Below are positions 29,713 through 39,122 of a stretch of DNA of 64,000 bases, piece after piece. The position numbers and the translations under genes are program-made. Within the stretch, counting starts at the first letter, position 1, and every line of letters starts with the position of its first letter. The notes under the pieces are model-generated. The model was not told where the DNA came from, searched no databases, and worked only from the letters and a program-made list of their open reading frames with translations. Source of the stretch: a virus (taxonomy: Duplodnaviria > Caudoviricetes); the IMG/VR virus record IMGVR_UViG_3300046642_000603, positions 1 through 64,000 of that record; one strand, written 5' to 3'.

Positions 29713-30012
29713 ATGGGAGTTCAGTACGACGACCAGGGGGCCAGTAACGAGGCCATCCTGCGCGTCAAGAGTTCGTCTTCTGCCGCCAGCCTGGCCAGCG
29801 CCATTTCCCACGCCGTCTACGACGGTAAGCGGGTCACGCTGCGGGCCATCGGAGCCGGAGCGGTAAACCAGTCCATGAAGGCCATCGCCATCGCCAACAG
29901 TTTCGTGGCGCCCCGGGGAATCGTGCTCGACTGCCGACCCGGATTCACGACGGTCACCACACAGGACGCCGGAGATATCTCCGCCCTGCTGCTGCGGATC
30001 CTCGTCCACTGA
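29713..30012 (+). CDS. spoVS: SpoVS-family (Alba-like) nucleic-acid-binding protein
   Basis: LRVKSSS..ASLASAI...AIGAGAVNQSMKAIAIA..F....G..L.C.PGF matches the SpoVS signature. Confidence 0.85.
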   Translation: MGVQYDDQGASNEAILRVKSSSSAASLASAISHAVYDGKRVTLRAIGAGAVNQSMKAIAIANSFVAPRGIVLDCRPGFTTVTTQDAGDISALLLRILVH

Positions 30013-30068
30013 GGTTCTAATCCGCTGCCTTTCCGTCTTTACACTTGGTTTGATCCAGTGGAGGCGTA

Positions 30069-30347
30069 ATGAATGGTGTTTCGGACGGGCGCAACGGCTC
30101 GTTTTCGACCGGCGCAATGGAGACAAAGTATCCCTCGCTAAATCTTCAGCCGGTCGCGCGTTTCCAGCCCACGTCTGTCTTCGACGAAACCCAGGTTCGC
30201 GGCTCCGCCAATGGCCTCGGCTCGGAGGACTACGACCGCAAGCGTATTGGCGGTGGCTTCGCGCCGTCGGCAAACGGTGCGTCGTCGCAGACGTACGACA
30301 AGCGGCTGTGGATTGACAAGAACCCCTACCGAACCATCGGCGGCTAA
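30069..30347 (+). CDS. Hypothetical protein
   Basis: GGAGG RBS then ATG. Confidence 0.55.
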   Translation: MNGVSDGRNGSFSTGAMETKYPSLNLQPVARFQPTSVFDETQVRGSANGLGSEDYDRKRIGGGFAPSANGASSQTYDKRLWIDKNPYRTIGG

Positions 30348-30357
30348 GGAGCCAGCA

Positions 30358-30696
30358 GTGGCGAAGAAGAAGAGCGACATCGTGACGACGGACAATCCGT
30401 CGCTGCGTCCGACCATGGGCACCGACGCCTCCCGGCTCGCCAACGTGGCCAAGCCGATCAAGGGCCGGTCCGTGCCGAAGAAGAACCAGGCCAAGGGTGG
30501 CTTCCTTGAGTCCGCTACGGCCCAGCACCGCCCCAACATCCTGGAGCGCAACGGCGCCTCCCTGCGGCCGACCGCGACCCTCTACGCCGCCAACGCGGCC
30601 GAGGCCGGTGTGGTCCAGCGCAACGTCGTGACCGTCCCGAGCGCCGTCGGCAACCGGGACTTCTACCTGCGCCGCCAGTACCGGCAGGGGATGTGA
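30358..30696 (+). CDS. Basic hypothetical protein
   Basis: AAGGAG then GTG (MAKKKSDIV). Confidence 0.6.
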   Translation: MAKKKSDIVTTDNPSLRPTMGTDASRLANVAKPIKGRSVPKKNQAKGGFLESATAQHRPNILERNGASLRPTATLYAANAAEAGVVQRNVVTVPSAVGNRDFYLRRQYRQGM

Positions 30697-30707
30697 CGTA
30701 GGCAGCC

Positions 30708-31265
30708 ATGTCCAGTAACTGGTCGTACAACACCCCGTACGCCATCGGACAGCCGGGCGCTCCAGTGCGCGCGAACGGAGGAGCCGGAACAGACGGCCTC
30801 TCCTTCCGTGACCCGCTGGACGCCCGGCGCGCTGCTATGGGTGCCCGCACCCCGGCAGCCGAGTACCCCGACGGCTACCTCGGCACCATCAACGACAGAC
30901 GGCGTGACCGCGTCATGGAAGGCGTCCAGAAGCGCCTGACCGACCGCAGCTATCAGCGCGGTGTCCACAAGGGCGACGTCATCGACCGCTCCGACTACTT
31001 CTGGCCGGACGTCGGCGGGGTCAACCCGCAGGCCGGTCTCCTCTATGAGTCCCAGGGCCTGAAGTGGACCCAGTCCGGGAACGTCACCGAGCGCCTGGCC
31101 CACGGCGGCAAGAACACCGCGCTGTCCCCGGCCGAGATGGGCGCCCTCCAGCAGAAGTACGGCATCTCCGAGGTCATGGCCGACATCGACCCGATCCGCA
31201 GCCAGCGGATGAAGAAGTTGCTGCCGTCCGCGTCGCCGTACAACTCGCCCGACCAGTGGAGGTGA
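30708..31265 (+). CDS. Hypothetical protein
   Basis: AEYPDGYLGTI...SYQRGVHKG; clean ORF. Confidence 0.7.
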   Translation: MSSNWSYNTPYAIGQPGAPVRANGGAGTDGLSFRDPLDARRAAMGARTPAAEYPDGYLGTINDRRRDRVMEGVQKRLTDRSYQRGVHKGDVIDRSDYFWPDVGGVNPQAGLLYESQGLKWTQSGNVTERLAHGGKNTALSPAEMGALQQKYGISEVMADIDPIRSQRMKKLLPSASPYNSPDQWR

Positions 31266-31380
31266 GTGTGCGCACTCAGGAATTCCGGGGCCAGATCCAG
31301 GCGATCAAGAAGGCCACCCCCAAGAGCCCAGTGCAGTCCATCCGCGACGCACAGAAGACCCAGGGAGCAGGTTCGTCGTA

Positions 31381-33135
31381 ATGGCAGCACCGAAGAAGGA
31401 AGAGACCCCCGGGCCTTCCATGTCCTTCCTGAACAAGCGCCCGCTGTTCAACGAGGACCTGACTCCGGCCGAGGACAAGCGCTCCAACACCAAGCGCTCG
31501 GAGCACATACGCTCCATCCCCAAGCGTGCGAAGTCCTACCAGGACAACGCGCAGGCCACGGCCAGCGACGCGAGCAAGCCGGAGGCGGTGCGCAAGAAGG
31601 CGCAGTCGACGGCCGACATGTACAAGGCCGTACGGCCGCACCTCAAGAGCGTCAACGAGTCCCGTGGCAAGGCCGCTGAGCGCATCGCCGGGCGTCTGAT
31701 GACTCCCAACCCGGCGACCCGCATGAAGGGCGAGACGGCGGCCCCTGGAGCCTCCTGGTACGTCGACCACAACCGGCACATCCACGAGGCGATCCAGGGC
31801 ACCGACGTCCCGTTCAGGCACGCTGCGGTGTCCTCCGGCTCGATGTCCCCGCTCAACAGCCCGGACAACGAGGTCGCGGCCGTCCGTGCCATCGCGCAGG
31901 CCACGCACACCAACGCCAAGACCCACATCACGCCCGAGCTGGCGGAGCACGTGCGGTCCAAACTGGCCAAGGACAACACCGTGGGCGGCGCCAAGCCGTC
32001 GGACATCCTCCCCGACCACCAGATCGGCCGGGAGGTCGGGTTCAACGAGTTGCACCCCGCCGCGATCTCGCACATCACCGGCACCGACACCCAGAAGAAG
32101 TTCCCGGGGCTTAATACCGGCATCGACCTGAACGGCATCCGCCGCGCCGGGCCGAACCGCGTGTCAGGCATCGAGGGCATCCGAGGCAAGTCGAACAACG
32201 AACTGAACCCGCCCGCCGGAGCGCCGAAGGTCAACACCTACGTCCACAACGGTCTGGCGTTCAACTCCAAGGACCCGGCGATCAAGGACGAGATCGACTT
32301 CCGGGCCACCGACGCGGTCCGCCGCAAGCGGCACGAGGACCTGGAGACCAAGCGGAACACGGTCGGCCTGAGCCCGGCCGAGCACCAGGAGCAGAAGTAC
32401 CTGCCCTCCCGGCACGACGTCCCGCTGGACTTCCACAACACCCACGACGACCGCTTCCACATGACGGCCGCCCACGCCGCGCACATCGAGGCGCACGGCG
32501 GCCCGACGGACAGCGGCCCCGGGATGGTCCGGATGCGCGACATGCACCCGGCCGCCGTGATGGCGCTGTCCCACCCGGACAACCCCGACCCGCACACCCG
32601 TCGCCTGGCCGTCCTGTCCAGCCAGCACCCCACGGTGCAGGACTCCTGGGCGCAGGCGGAGGTCCACAACCAGCCCAACGTCAACGTCGGCCGTTCGACG
32701 AACATCCGCAAGACGGCCGGGTCGGAGAAGTTGGGCTACTGGCAGGGCAAGAACGCGGGCGGCACCTGGAACGGCGAAAAGGCCAAGTTCGAGGGCGGCG
32801 AGTCGGTCATCAACCGCAAGCGTCCCGAGGGTGCGAAGGTCACGCCGGTCGGCCTGGGTCACACCGAGTACGACAAGATCACGCGCATGGCGGCCCAGCA
32901 CGTCCAGAAGCACCTGGACACGCCGTACGACTACCCGTCCACCGCCGCCCAGGCCATGCCGTGGGTGGAGATGCGCCGGGAGGCCCCGGGCAAGGACAAG
33001 GAATTCGAGACGCACAAGAAGGCCCAGCAGCCTGCCACCCCGGCCATTCACGCCCAGGGCAACGCCGGACGGTCCCAGCAGTTCATTGCCAGCGCCGAAT
33101 CGCTGCGGGCGACCGCACACCCGAGGCTGTTCTAA
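31381..33135 (+). CDS. Large protein with DUF7178-like helical (glycosylase-like) core
   Basis: WY...S..SP....N; PKV..Y..N; TV.D.W; Y......AA...QA..WV..R motif order. Confidence 0.5.
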   Translation: MAAPKKEETPGPSMSFLNKRPLFNEDLTPAEDKRSNTKRSEHIRSIPKRAKSYQDNAQATASDASKPEAVRKKAQSTADMYKAVRPHLKSVNESRGKAAERIAGRLMTPNPATRMKGETAAPGASWYVDHNRHIHEAIQGTDVPFRHAAVSSGSMSPLNSPDNEVAAVRAIAQATHTNAKTHITPELAEHVRSKLAKDNTVGGAKPSDILPDHQIGREVGFNELHPAAISHITGTDTQKKFPGLNTGIDLNGIRRAGPNRVSGIEGIRGKSNNELNPPAGAPKVNTYVHNGLAFNSKDPAIKDEIDFRATDAVRRKRHEDLETKRNTVGLSPAEHQEQKYLPSRHDVPLDFHNTHDDRFHMTAAHAAHIEAHGGPTDSGPGMVRMRDMHPAAVMALSHPDNPDPHTRRLAVLSSQHPTVQDSWAQAEVHNQPNVNVGRSTNIRKTAGSEKLGYWQGKNAGGTWNGEKAKFEGGESVINRKRPEGAKVTPVGLGHTEYDKITRMAAQHVQKHLDTPYDYPSTAAQAMPWVEMRREAPGKDKEFETHKKAQQPATPAIHAQGNAGRSQQFIASAESLRATAHPRLF

Positions 33136-33176
33136 ATAACTCCCACCAAGCAGTCAGATCCGTATAAGATCATGAC

Positions 33177-33728
33177 ATGACTACTACTGACTGCTTGGTG
33201 GACGACTGCAAGGTGCCCGTGAAGGCAAAGGGTTACTGTGGCCCGCATTACCATAGATTTGTTCGTTACGGCGATCCCCTTGTAGTTAAAGGACCCTCTA
33301 GGACGAAGTTTGTCCCGGATAAGTGCTACGTGGAGGATTGCGAGGCCGATAGCCTCAGTCTCGGCCTGTGCAACAAGCACTACATGCGCTACAGGCGGTA
33401 CGGAACCACGGGTCTGCCCCAGCGGGAACGCAAGAAGAAGGCTAAGTCGGGGAAGTACACGTACTTGTGGCTCCCGGAGCACCCTAACGCCTATGCAAAT
33501 GGCTACGTGGCAGAGCATGTCGTCGTAATGTCCAACCATCTCGGACGCCCCCTTAGAAAGGGGGAGAACGTCCACCACAAGAACGGCATCCCGACCGACA
33601 ACCGGATAGAAAACCTGGAACTCTGGGTCTCTCGGCAACCTCACGGTCAGCGTCCCGCCGATCTAGTCGCGTGGGCTAAAGAGATCCTTGAACTGTACGC
33701 GGAAGAGGTCGAGGAGGACCTGTGCTGA
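33177..33728 (+). CDS. HNH homing endonuclease
   Basis: Two C-x4-C...GYC..HY repeats; [14 protein letters not shown]...VHHKNG...DNRIENLEL; AT-richer codons. Confidence 0.85.
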   Translation: MTTTDCLVDDCKVPVKAKGYCGPHYHRFVRYGDPLVVKGPSRTKFVPDKCYVEDCEADSLSLGLCNKHYMRYRRYGTTGLPQRERKKKAKSGKYTYLWLPEHPNAYANGYVAEHVVVMSNHLGRPLRKGENVHHKNGIPTDNRIENLELWVSRQPHGQRPADLVAWAKEILELYAEEVEEDLC

Positions 33729-34021
33729 GTAGTGACGGGTGTTATGACCGGACGCATCCGTGGGCTTCCCTCCCTGAGCGGATTCTCACGGATGCGCTCG
33801 GCGTAGCCAACATTCCGGGCGATGTGATCGCACTCCAGAGCGCACCGCCCCCGGTCGTCCGACCTCTTTTCCCTCCGAGGTTCGGATACAGAGACACGGC
33901 CCTCGGAATTGAGGACGTGCTCCAGGTAGACCAGGTGTATCCCTCGCCCTCGACGAACTTCTATACGGGAAGTCAGGGCGGATACTCTGGTAGTTCGAGG
34001 TCCACCAATGGGGGCTCATAA
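33722..34021 (+). CDS. Hypothetical protein
   Basis: ORF with GAGGAGG RBS and GTG start. Confidence 0.45.
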   Translation: MLSSDGCYDRTHPWASLPERILTDALGVANIPGDVIALQSAPPPVVRPLFPPRFGYRDTALGIEDVLQVDQVYPSPSTNFYTGSQGGYSGSSRSTNGGS

Positions 34022-34185
34022 TGTCCAAGCACAGAAAGCCGCATCGCGCTGACGACAAGCGGCGTCCAGGCATGTCCGACAACTCCAAGCGCACGGTTTC
34101 GGACGGTTCTACCGGAGCCGCGAGGCCGCTGGCCATCTTCAACGACCGCCGTGGCGCTAACGGCAACGGAAAGCGAGCGAAGTAA
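34021..34185 (+). CDS. Small basic protein
   Basis: TAATG coupling on both sides; [15 protein letters not shown]. Confidence 0.45.
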   Translation: MSKHRKPHRADDKRRPGMSDNSKRTVSDGSTGAARPLAIFNDRRGANGNGKRAK

Positions 34186-34433
34186 TGGCTTACGCCCCCT
34201 CGCGTTCGATGAACGCTGAACTAAACGAGGGCGCCACCGACGGGCGATACAAGAAGGTCGTCAGGGACAGGGGCGGCCTCGGCGTCACGCACAGCGAGAC
34301 CGCGCACGTTCGCGGAGACCTCAACGACGTCTGGTACGGCATCCACGAGAAGCCGGAGAAGGTCCGGCCCGACGGCCGTGCCGTCCGTACCCCCAACTTC
34401 ATTCCGACCCCACCCGCGCAGGCAGGATTCTGA
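34185..34433 (+). CDS. Hypothetical protein
   Basis: Coupled start; 82 aa. Confidence 0.55.
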   Translation: MAYAPSRSMNAELNEGATDGRYKKVVRDRGGLGVTHSETAHVRGDLNDVWYGIHEKPEKVRPDGRAVRTPNFIPTPPAQAGF

Positions 34434-34434
34434 C

Positions 34435-35415
34435 GTGTCCCTCCACGGAGTCGACCTCTCCAACAACAACGACGCGGCGCACATCGCGTCGGCCATCGCC
34501 AGCAAGAACAACGCCTTCATCATCGCGAAGGCGTCCGAGGGCGAGCACACGGGCGACGCGAAGCACGCGAGCATCGTCAAGGCGGTCCGGGCGGCGAAGA
34601 AGCCCCTGGGCCACTACCACTTCGCCCACCCGACCCAGGACGCGGTGACCGAGGCCAAGCACTTCCTGTCCGCCGCTGGCGCGCAGGCCGGTGAGGTCCT
34701 GGTGCTCGACCTGGAAGCCTCCGAGGGCTCCTGGAGCCAGCGGCTGCACTACGCCCTGGCGTGGCTGAAGTACGTGAAGGCGCAGACGAAGGCGTCTCCG
34801 CTGCTGTACACGTACACCTCGTACCTCACCGGCCTGCTCGGTGTGGCCACGGAGGCGCAGAAGACCGAACTGCGGTCCTACCCGCTGTGGGTGGCCGACC
34901 CGAACAACCCGGCCGGGCACCCGCTGACGGCGGGCTGGGCGACGTGGACCCTGCACCAGTACGGCATCGTCGGCGGCCTGGACCAGAACCTGCTGAACGG
35001 CGACCTTAATACCTGGAAGGCCCTGGCCATCCCGGCCAAGGCTGTCGTCAAGCCGACTCCGGCCCCCGCTCCGGCGCCCAAGCCGACCCCCGCTCCCGCT
35101 CCTGCTCCAACCCCTGCGAAGGCGTACACGATGGTGATCTTCGGCGAGAACATCGACTCCATGACCGCTGCGGCGGCCACCGATGCGTTCCAGCCCAAGG
35201 GCGCTGTCGCCACCGGCCGTCTGGACGTGGCCAAGGCCGCTCTGGCTGCCGGTGACGTCGTCGTCGCGGTCGGCGGTCCGGCCAACACCGCGCTGGGCTA
35301 CGCGCACGCCAAGTCCGGCACGGTGGCCGTCTCCGGCAAGAAGGTATCCGTCCTCGGTGCCACGGCCGGTGACTCCTACGTGCTGCTCGGCCGCTACCTG
35401 GCCACCGGCAAGTAA
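34435..35415 (+). CDS. Endolysin, GH25 muramidase with PA-rich linker
   Basis: GVDLSNNN, KASEG, GHYHFAHP, LDLE, LWVA, HQY, LDQN; PAPAPK linker. Confidence 0.88.
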   Translation: MSLHGVDLSNNNDAAHIASAIASKNNAFIIAKASEGEHTGDAKHASIVKAVRAAKKPLGHYHFAHPTQDAVTEAKHFLSAAGAQAGEVLVLDLEASEGSWSQRLHYALAWLKYVKAQTKASPLLYTYTSYLTGLLGVATEAQKTELRSYPLWVADPNNPAGHPLTAGWATWTLHQYGIVGGLDQNLLNGDLNTWKALAIPAKAVVKPTPAPAPAPKPTPAPAPAPTPAKAYTMVIFGENIDSMTAAAATDAFQPKGAVATGRLDVAKAALAAGDVVVAVGGPANTALGYAHAKSGTVAVSGKKVSVLGATAGDSYVLLGRYLATGK

Positions 35416-35509
35416 CACCTTCCCGACTACGTCATCCCCATTACGTCTTCCCAAGGCGTAATGGGGATGCTATGTTTGGTCCCTGAACAGCCCCCCGAGG
35501 AAGGACAAC

Positions 35510-35995
35510 ATGTCCGAGCACGTACGGCTCCTGCTCTGTAAGACCTGCGGATCCCTGGAGGAACTGCCCGACTACGAGGGCGACCCGAGCCGGGACTGGC
35601 TCCTCGAAGCCCTGGTCCAGAAGCACCCCAACCACATCGCACACCCGATGCTGCGCGTGGAGAAGAAGCACTGGGACTCCCCGAGCACCCGCGACTCGAT
35701 CATCGCCAAGATCCGCGAGACCACCGGGCACACCGGCTTCGACCCGTCGTTCTACGCGGCCAAGAACACCTTCCAGGAAGACGCCCACGCCTGCTGGGCC
35801 AAGCACCTGCGCAACCCCGGCTGCAACGACTACAAGACCGCCTCCAAGCGGCTCACCCCGGACACCGCAGCCGAACGCAAGGCCGCCGGACTCCCCAGGT
35901 ACAAGTCCGCCCAGGACCGCTACCTCTGCGAGTTCTGCCCCGTCCACTCCCTCGTGGTCCAGTCGGCCCGCGAGAAGGCCGGACTCTACAAGTAA
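35510..35995 (+). CDS. Cys-rich hypothetical protein
   Basis: CKTC, C..H....C, CEFCP; GAAGGA RBS. Confidence 0.7.
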   Translation: MSEHVRLLLCKTCGSLEELPDYEGDPSRDWLLEALVQKHPNHIAHPMLRVEKKHWDSPSTRDSIIAKIRETTGHTGFDPSFYAAKNTFQEDAHACWAKHLRNPGCNDYKTASKRLTPDTAAERKAAGLPRYKSAQDRYLCEFCPVHSLVVQSAREKAGLYK

Positions 35996-36024
35996 CCCCA
36001 CCCGAACCACACCTGGAGCACTGC

Positions 36025-36417
36025 ATGCCCAACATCCCGATCCTCGGCCAGACGACCCCCACCGCCGACAAGGGGCTTAATACCGAAGACCTCACCCCCG
36101 AGCAGCGCGAGGCCCTGGCCAAGATGGCCGAGGACAACCCGCCCTCCGAGGACGAGGTCGGTACCCCCGTCACCACGGCGTTCCTCGTCGCCGTCGGCCT
36201 GGACGGAGCGGTCGTGGCCACCTCCGACCTCACCCAGCAGTTCGTCCCCCGTCGCGGCGCCACCCCGGACGACATCTACGGTGCGGCCTCCGTCGTGCTG
36301 AAGGACCTGGAAGTCATGGAGACGGCCTCCCGGACCCAGCAGGCCATGATGATGATGGGCCAGGCCATGCAACAGCAGCAGCAGGAAGCCGCGCTGCGAT
36401 CCCGCCTGAAACTCTAA
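36025..36417 (+). CDS. Hypothetical protein
   Basis: GGAG RBS; clean ORF. Confidence 0.65.
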   Translation: MPNIPILGQTTPTADKGLNTEDLTPEQREALAKMAEDNPPSEDEVGTPVTTAFLVAVGLDGAVVATSDLTQQFVPRRGATPDDIYGAASVVLKDLEVMETASRTQQAMMMMGQAMQQQQQEAALRSRLKL

Positions 36418-36436
36418 ACGGGTAAGTAGCAACTAT

Positions 36437-36482
36437 AAAGCCCCCAGTCTCCCTCCATATCGGATCGGATTCTGGGGGCTTT
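36437..36482 (+). terminator. Hairpin/terminator
   Basis: AAAGCCCCCAG...CTGGGGGCTTT. Confidence 0.5.
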
Positions 36483-36507
36483 CCCTATTCCAGCTAGAAT
36501 CGAAACC

Positions 36508-37500
36508 ATGGCCGGATACGAGTTCTACCTCAATCGAGCAATAGCCCAGGGACAGCAGCCCGACATTCACACGGGCGCCTCCGGGTATTTCAGCGCACCC
36601 CAGGCAGGGCTCGACCCGCACATCTTCGACGGCGAACACATCAAGCCGGACGTCCGCGACCACATTCTCGGCGTCCTTAATACCTACCTCGACGGCCACT
36701 ACCAGGGCGTACGCATCTGGCTGGCCGCCTGGCTCGCCGGATCCGGTATCTCTTTCCAGTGGGCCGGAGACCGGGGGAACGGTGACCTCGACGTTCTCTT
36801 CGGAATTGACTTCCCGAAGTTCTACGAGATGAACCCGACCTACCAGGGCATCTCTGAGGCGGAATTCTCCGACCTGATGAACTCGGACCTGAAGAAGAAC
36901 CTGTGGCCGCGCACCGCGACCACCGATTTCCACGGCCAGGTATACGAGGTCACCTACTACCTGAACCCGGGTACGACGTCGCAGTCCATCGCGGCAATCA
37001 ACCCTTACGCCGCCTATAACCTCACCCGGGACCGCTGGGACATCCGGCCTCCGTCCCTGCCCGCCGACCCCCACAGCCTGTACCCCAAGCACTGGTGGGG
37101 CGCCGTGCAGCGCGAGGAAGACCACGCCCGCACCCTCGTCGAGCGCTACAACCACCTGCGCTCGGCCACCTCCAGCGCCTCACCCAACTCCGCCGCCTGG
37201 CACAACTCCCTCGCCTCCCAGAAGATCGTCGTCGAGCAGGCCAAGGCCCTCTTCGACGACATCCACCTCGGCCGCAGGCAGGCATTCGGCCCCGGGGGAT
37301 CCGGCTACGGCGACTACTACAACTTCCGCTGGCAGGCACACAAGCAGGCAGGCACGGTCCAGGCACTCAACTCCCTGGCCACAGCGGACGTCGAGGCCCA
37401 CAAGGCGCAGGAGACCGACCTCTACGGGGCTCCGCTCGATGACGCCGCCAACGCACTCGCGAAGGCGGCTCTTTGGAACACCCCCTACCGGAGGTCGTAA
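36508..37500 (+). CDS. Pol-beta superfamily nucleotidyltransferase
   Basis: WLAGSGIS...GDLDVLFG is hGS-x10-DxD; later EVTYY. Confidence 0.65.
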   Translation: MAGYEFYLNRAIAQGQQPDIHTGASGYFSAPQAGLDPHIFDGEHIKPDVRDHILGVLNTYLDGHYQGVRIWLAAWLAGSGISFQWAGDRGNGDLDVLFGIDFPKFYEMNPTYQGISEAEFSDLMNSDLKKNLWPRTATTDFHGQVYEVTYYLNPGTTSQSIAAINPYAAYNLTRDRWDIRPPSLPADPHSLYPKHWWGAVQREEDHARTLVERYNHLRSATSSASPNSAAWHNSLASQKIVVEQAKALFDDIHLGRRQAFGPGGSGYGDYYNFRWQAHKQAGTVQALNSLATADVEAHKAQETDLYGAPLDDAANALAKAALWNTPYRRS

Positions 37501-38333
37501 TGGCCAACTCCCTCGGGCCACAGTTCGAGCAGACCGCGCTGCCGGTCCCGCTCGGCAGCCGCGTGTCCCCGCAGAACCAGAAGCAGACCGCGCTGCGCGC
37601 CCAGTACCACCTGACGCGGGACACTCCGCTGCACCTCCAGACGAGCTACGCGCCAGGGAAACTTAATATCCCGCATCCCGCTCCCCACCCGGGCGGGATG
37701 CACACCAAGGTCACTGCCATCGGCTCGCCGCGCGACCACGATCTGATCCACGACGAGGAGCGCACCAACTACCCCCAGGCCGAGGGGCAGATGGTCATGG
37801 GCCCGCCGCACAATCCGCAGCAGTTCGGGCACCTGGACGGCCACGGCAACGTCGTCGACCCCAAGATCGGCGACCGCTGGTACGTCAAGCACGGCCCGCA
37901 GATGAGCGACAGCAACGAAGCCTTCTGGAACAAGCACGCCAAGGTCACCAGCATCAGCACCAGCTCGCCGCTGCACACCGGCCAGACTGCCTTCGAGACC
38001 GGCTCCCACTCCTACATCACCGGCCCGCTCGACCCCGACCACCCGCACGTCAAGGTCATCGTCCAGGGCGGCACACCGTACGTCGCCGACGCGCACCACC
38101 GGCTCGCCGAAGCGCGCGGCCGGGGAGACAGCCACGTCGGCGCGCACGTGCTCAACCTCGACCAGTTCCAGGCCAAGACCCTGCCGAAGATCAAGAAGAA
38201 GACGGCGCCCGAGGACATCGTCGCGCACCTGGCCGAGCACCACGGCTACAGCCCGAACATGAACCCCAAGCACGCCTTCAACGCCCACGAGACCGCGCAC
38301 CGCACCGGTCTCCACGAGCACGAGCACGGGTGA
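37500..38333 (+). CDS. ParB/Srx N-terminal-like domain protein
   Basis: PHVKVIVQGGTPYVADAHHRLAEA resembles the DGHHR motif; His-rich C-terminus. Confidence 0.5.
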   Translation: MANSLGPQFEQTALPVPLGSRVSPQNQKQTALRAQYHLTRDTPLHLQTSYAPGKLNIPHPAPHPGGMHTKVTAIGSPRDHDLIHDEERTNYPQAEGQMVMGPPHNPQQFGHLDGHGNVVDPKIGDRWYVKHGPQMSDSNEAFWNKHAKVTSISTSSPLHTGQTAFETGSHSYITGPLDPDHPHVKVIVQGGTPYVADAHHRLAEARGRGDSHVGAHVLNLDQFQAKTLPKIKKKTAPEDIVAHLAEHHGYSPNMNPKHAFNAHETAHRTGLHEHEHG

Positions 38334-38340
38334 TGGCGCC

Positions 38341-38835
38341 ATGACTGCAACCGTCGCCATCGTCATCGAGGGTGTACTCCAGCGGGAAGTCGGAGACGCG
38401 GTCATCCACCAGGGCCAGCGCCTGTACTGGGGCCTGATGGAGACCTACAAGGTCGCCCTGGTCACCGACGACACCGACGCCGCACCGGTCCAGCACTGGC
38501 TGCGCGTCAACGGCTTCAACAAGCACCCCTACCTGATCACCGCCAACGTGCTGGACCCCGAGGACGAAGGCCCACGAAGGCTCCAGCAGATCTCCCGGCT
38601 GCGGCAGGCCGGATGCAACGTCGAGCTGGTCATCGAGCCCAACCCCCAGGTCGCCGCCTACCTCATGGCGAACGGCATCGGTGTCCTGAACTACCTGCAC
38701 CCGAACTACTCCAACCCCAAGTTCCGGCCGGACTACCAGGAGACCGTCACCCCCTGGTCGGAACTGGTCGGCGAGGTGGAGCGGCAGCGAGCACTACGCG
38801 AAGAAGACACGAGACCACACATGGAGATCCTGTGA
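38341..38835 (+). CDS. HAD-fold-like protein
   Basis: VAIVIEGVL, VALVTD, WL..NG, LVIEPNP: HAD topology with D-to-E changes. Confidence 0.5.
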   Translation: MTATVAIVIEGVLQREVGDAVIHQGQRLYWGLMETYKVALVTDDTDAAPVQHWLRVNGFNKHPYLITANVLDPEDEGPRRLQQISRLRQAGCNVELVIEPNPQVAAYLMANGIGVLNYLHPNYSNPKFRPDYQETVTPWSELVGEVERQRALREEDTRPHMEIL

Positions 38836-39122
38836 CCGTCGCCCTGGTGATCACCATCACCCGCATGCTCAACGCCCTCGTCGGCGCCGCGTTCTCGGCC
38901 CTGCTCCTGCGGGCCACCATCCCCGTCTGGCGACAGCTCGGCGCCGCAGAGAAGTGGCTGTCCGCAGCCCTCTTCCTCTACAGCGCCAACATCGCCGTCT
39001 TCTGCGCCGTCTTCTGGACCTCCCCGTCCTCCGGCCGGTCCTGGATCAACGTCGGCTTCCTCCTCTCCCTCCTCGCCGCGCACCGCTACCTCTACTTCGT
39101 CCGAAGGGACACACGACCATGA
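38832..39122 (+). CDS. Membrane protein (3 TM)
   Basis: GTGA coupling; hydrophobic helices. Confidence 0.55.
   Translation: MTVALVITITRMLNALVGAAFSALLLRATIPVWRQLGAAEKWLSAALFLYSANIAVFCAVFWTSPSSGRSWINVGFLLSLLAAHRYLYFVRRDTRP

Noticed and set aside
35055-35120. CCGGCCCCCGCTCCG-type repeats
   Set aside because: Encode the PA/PT linker of the endolysin
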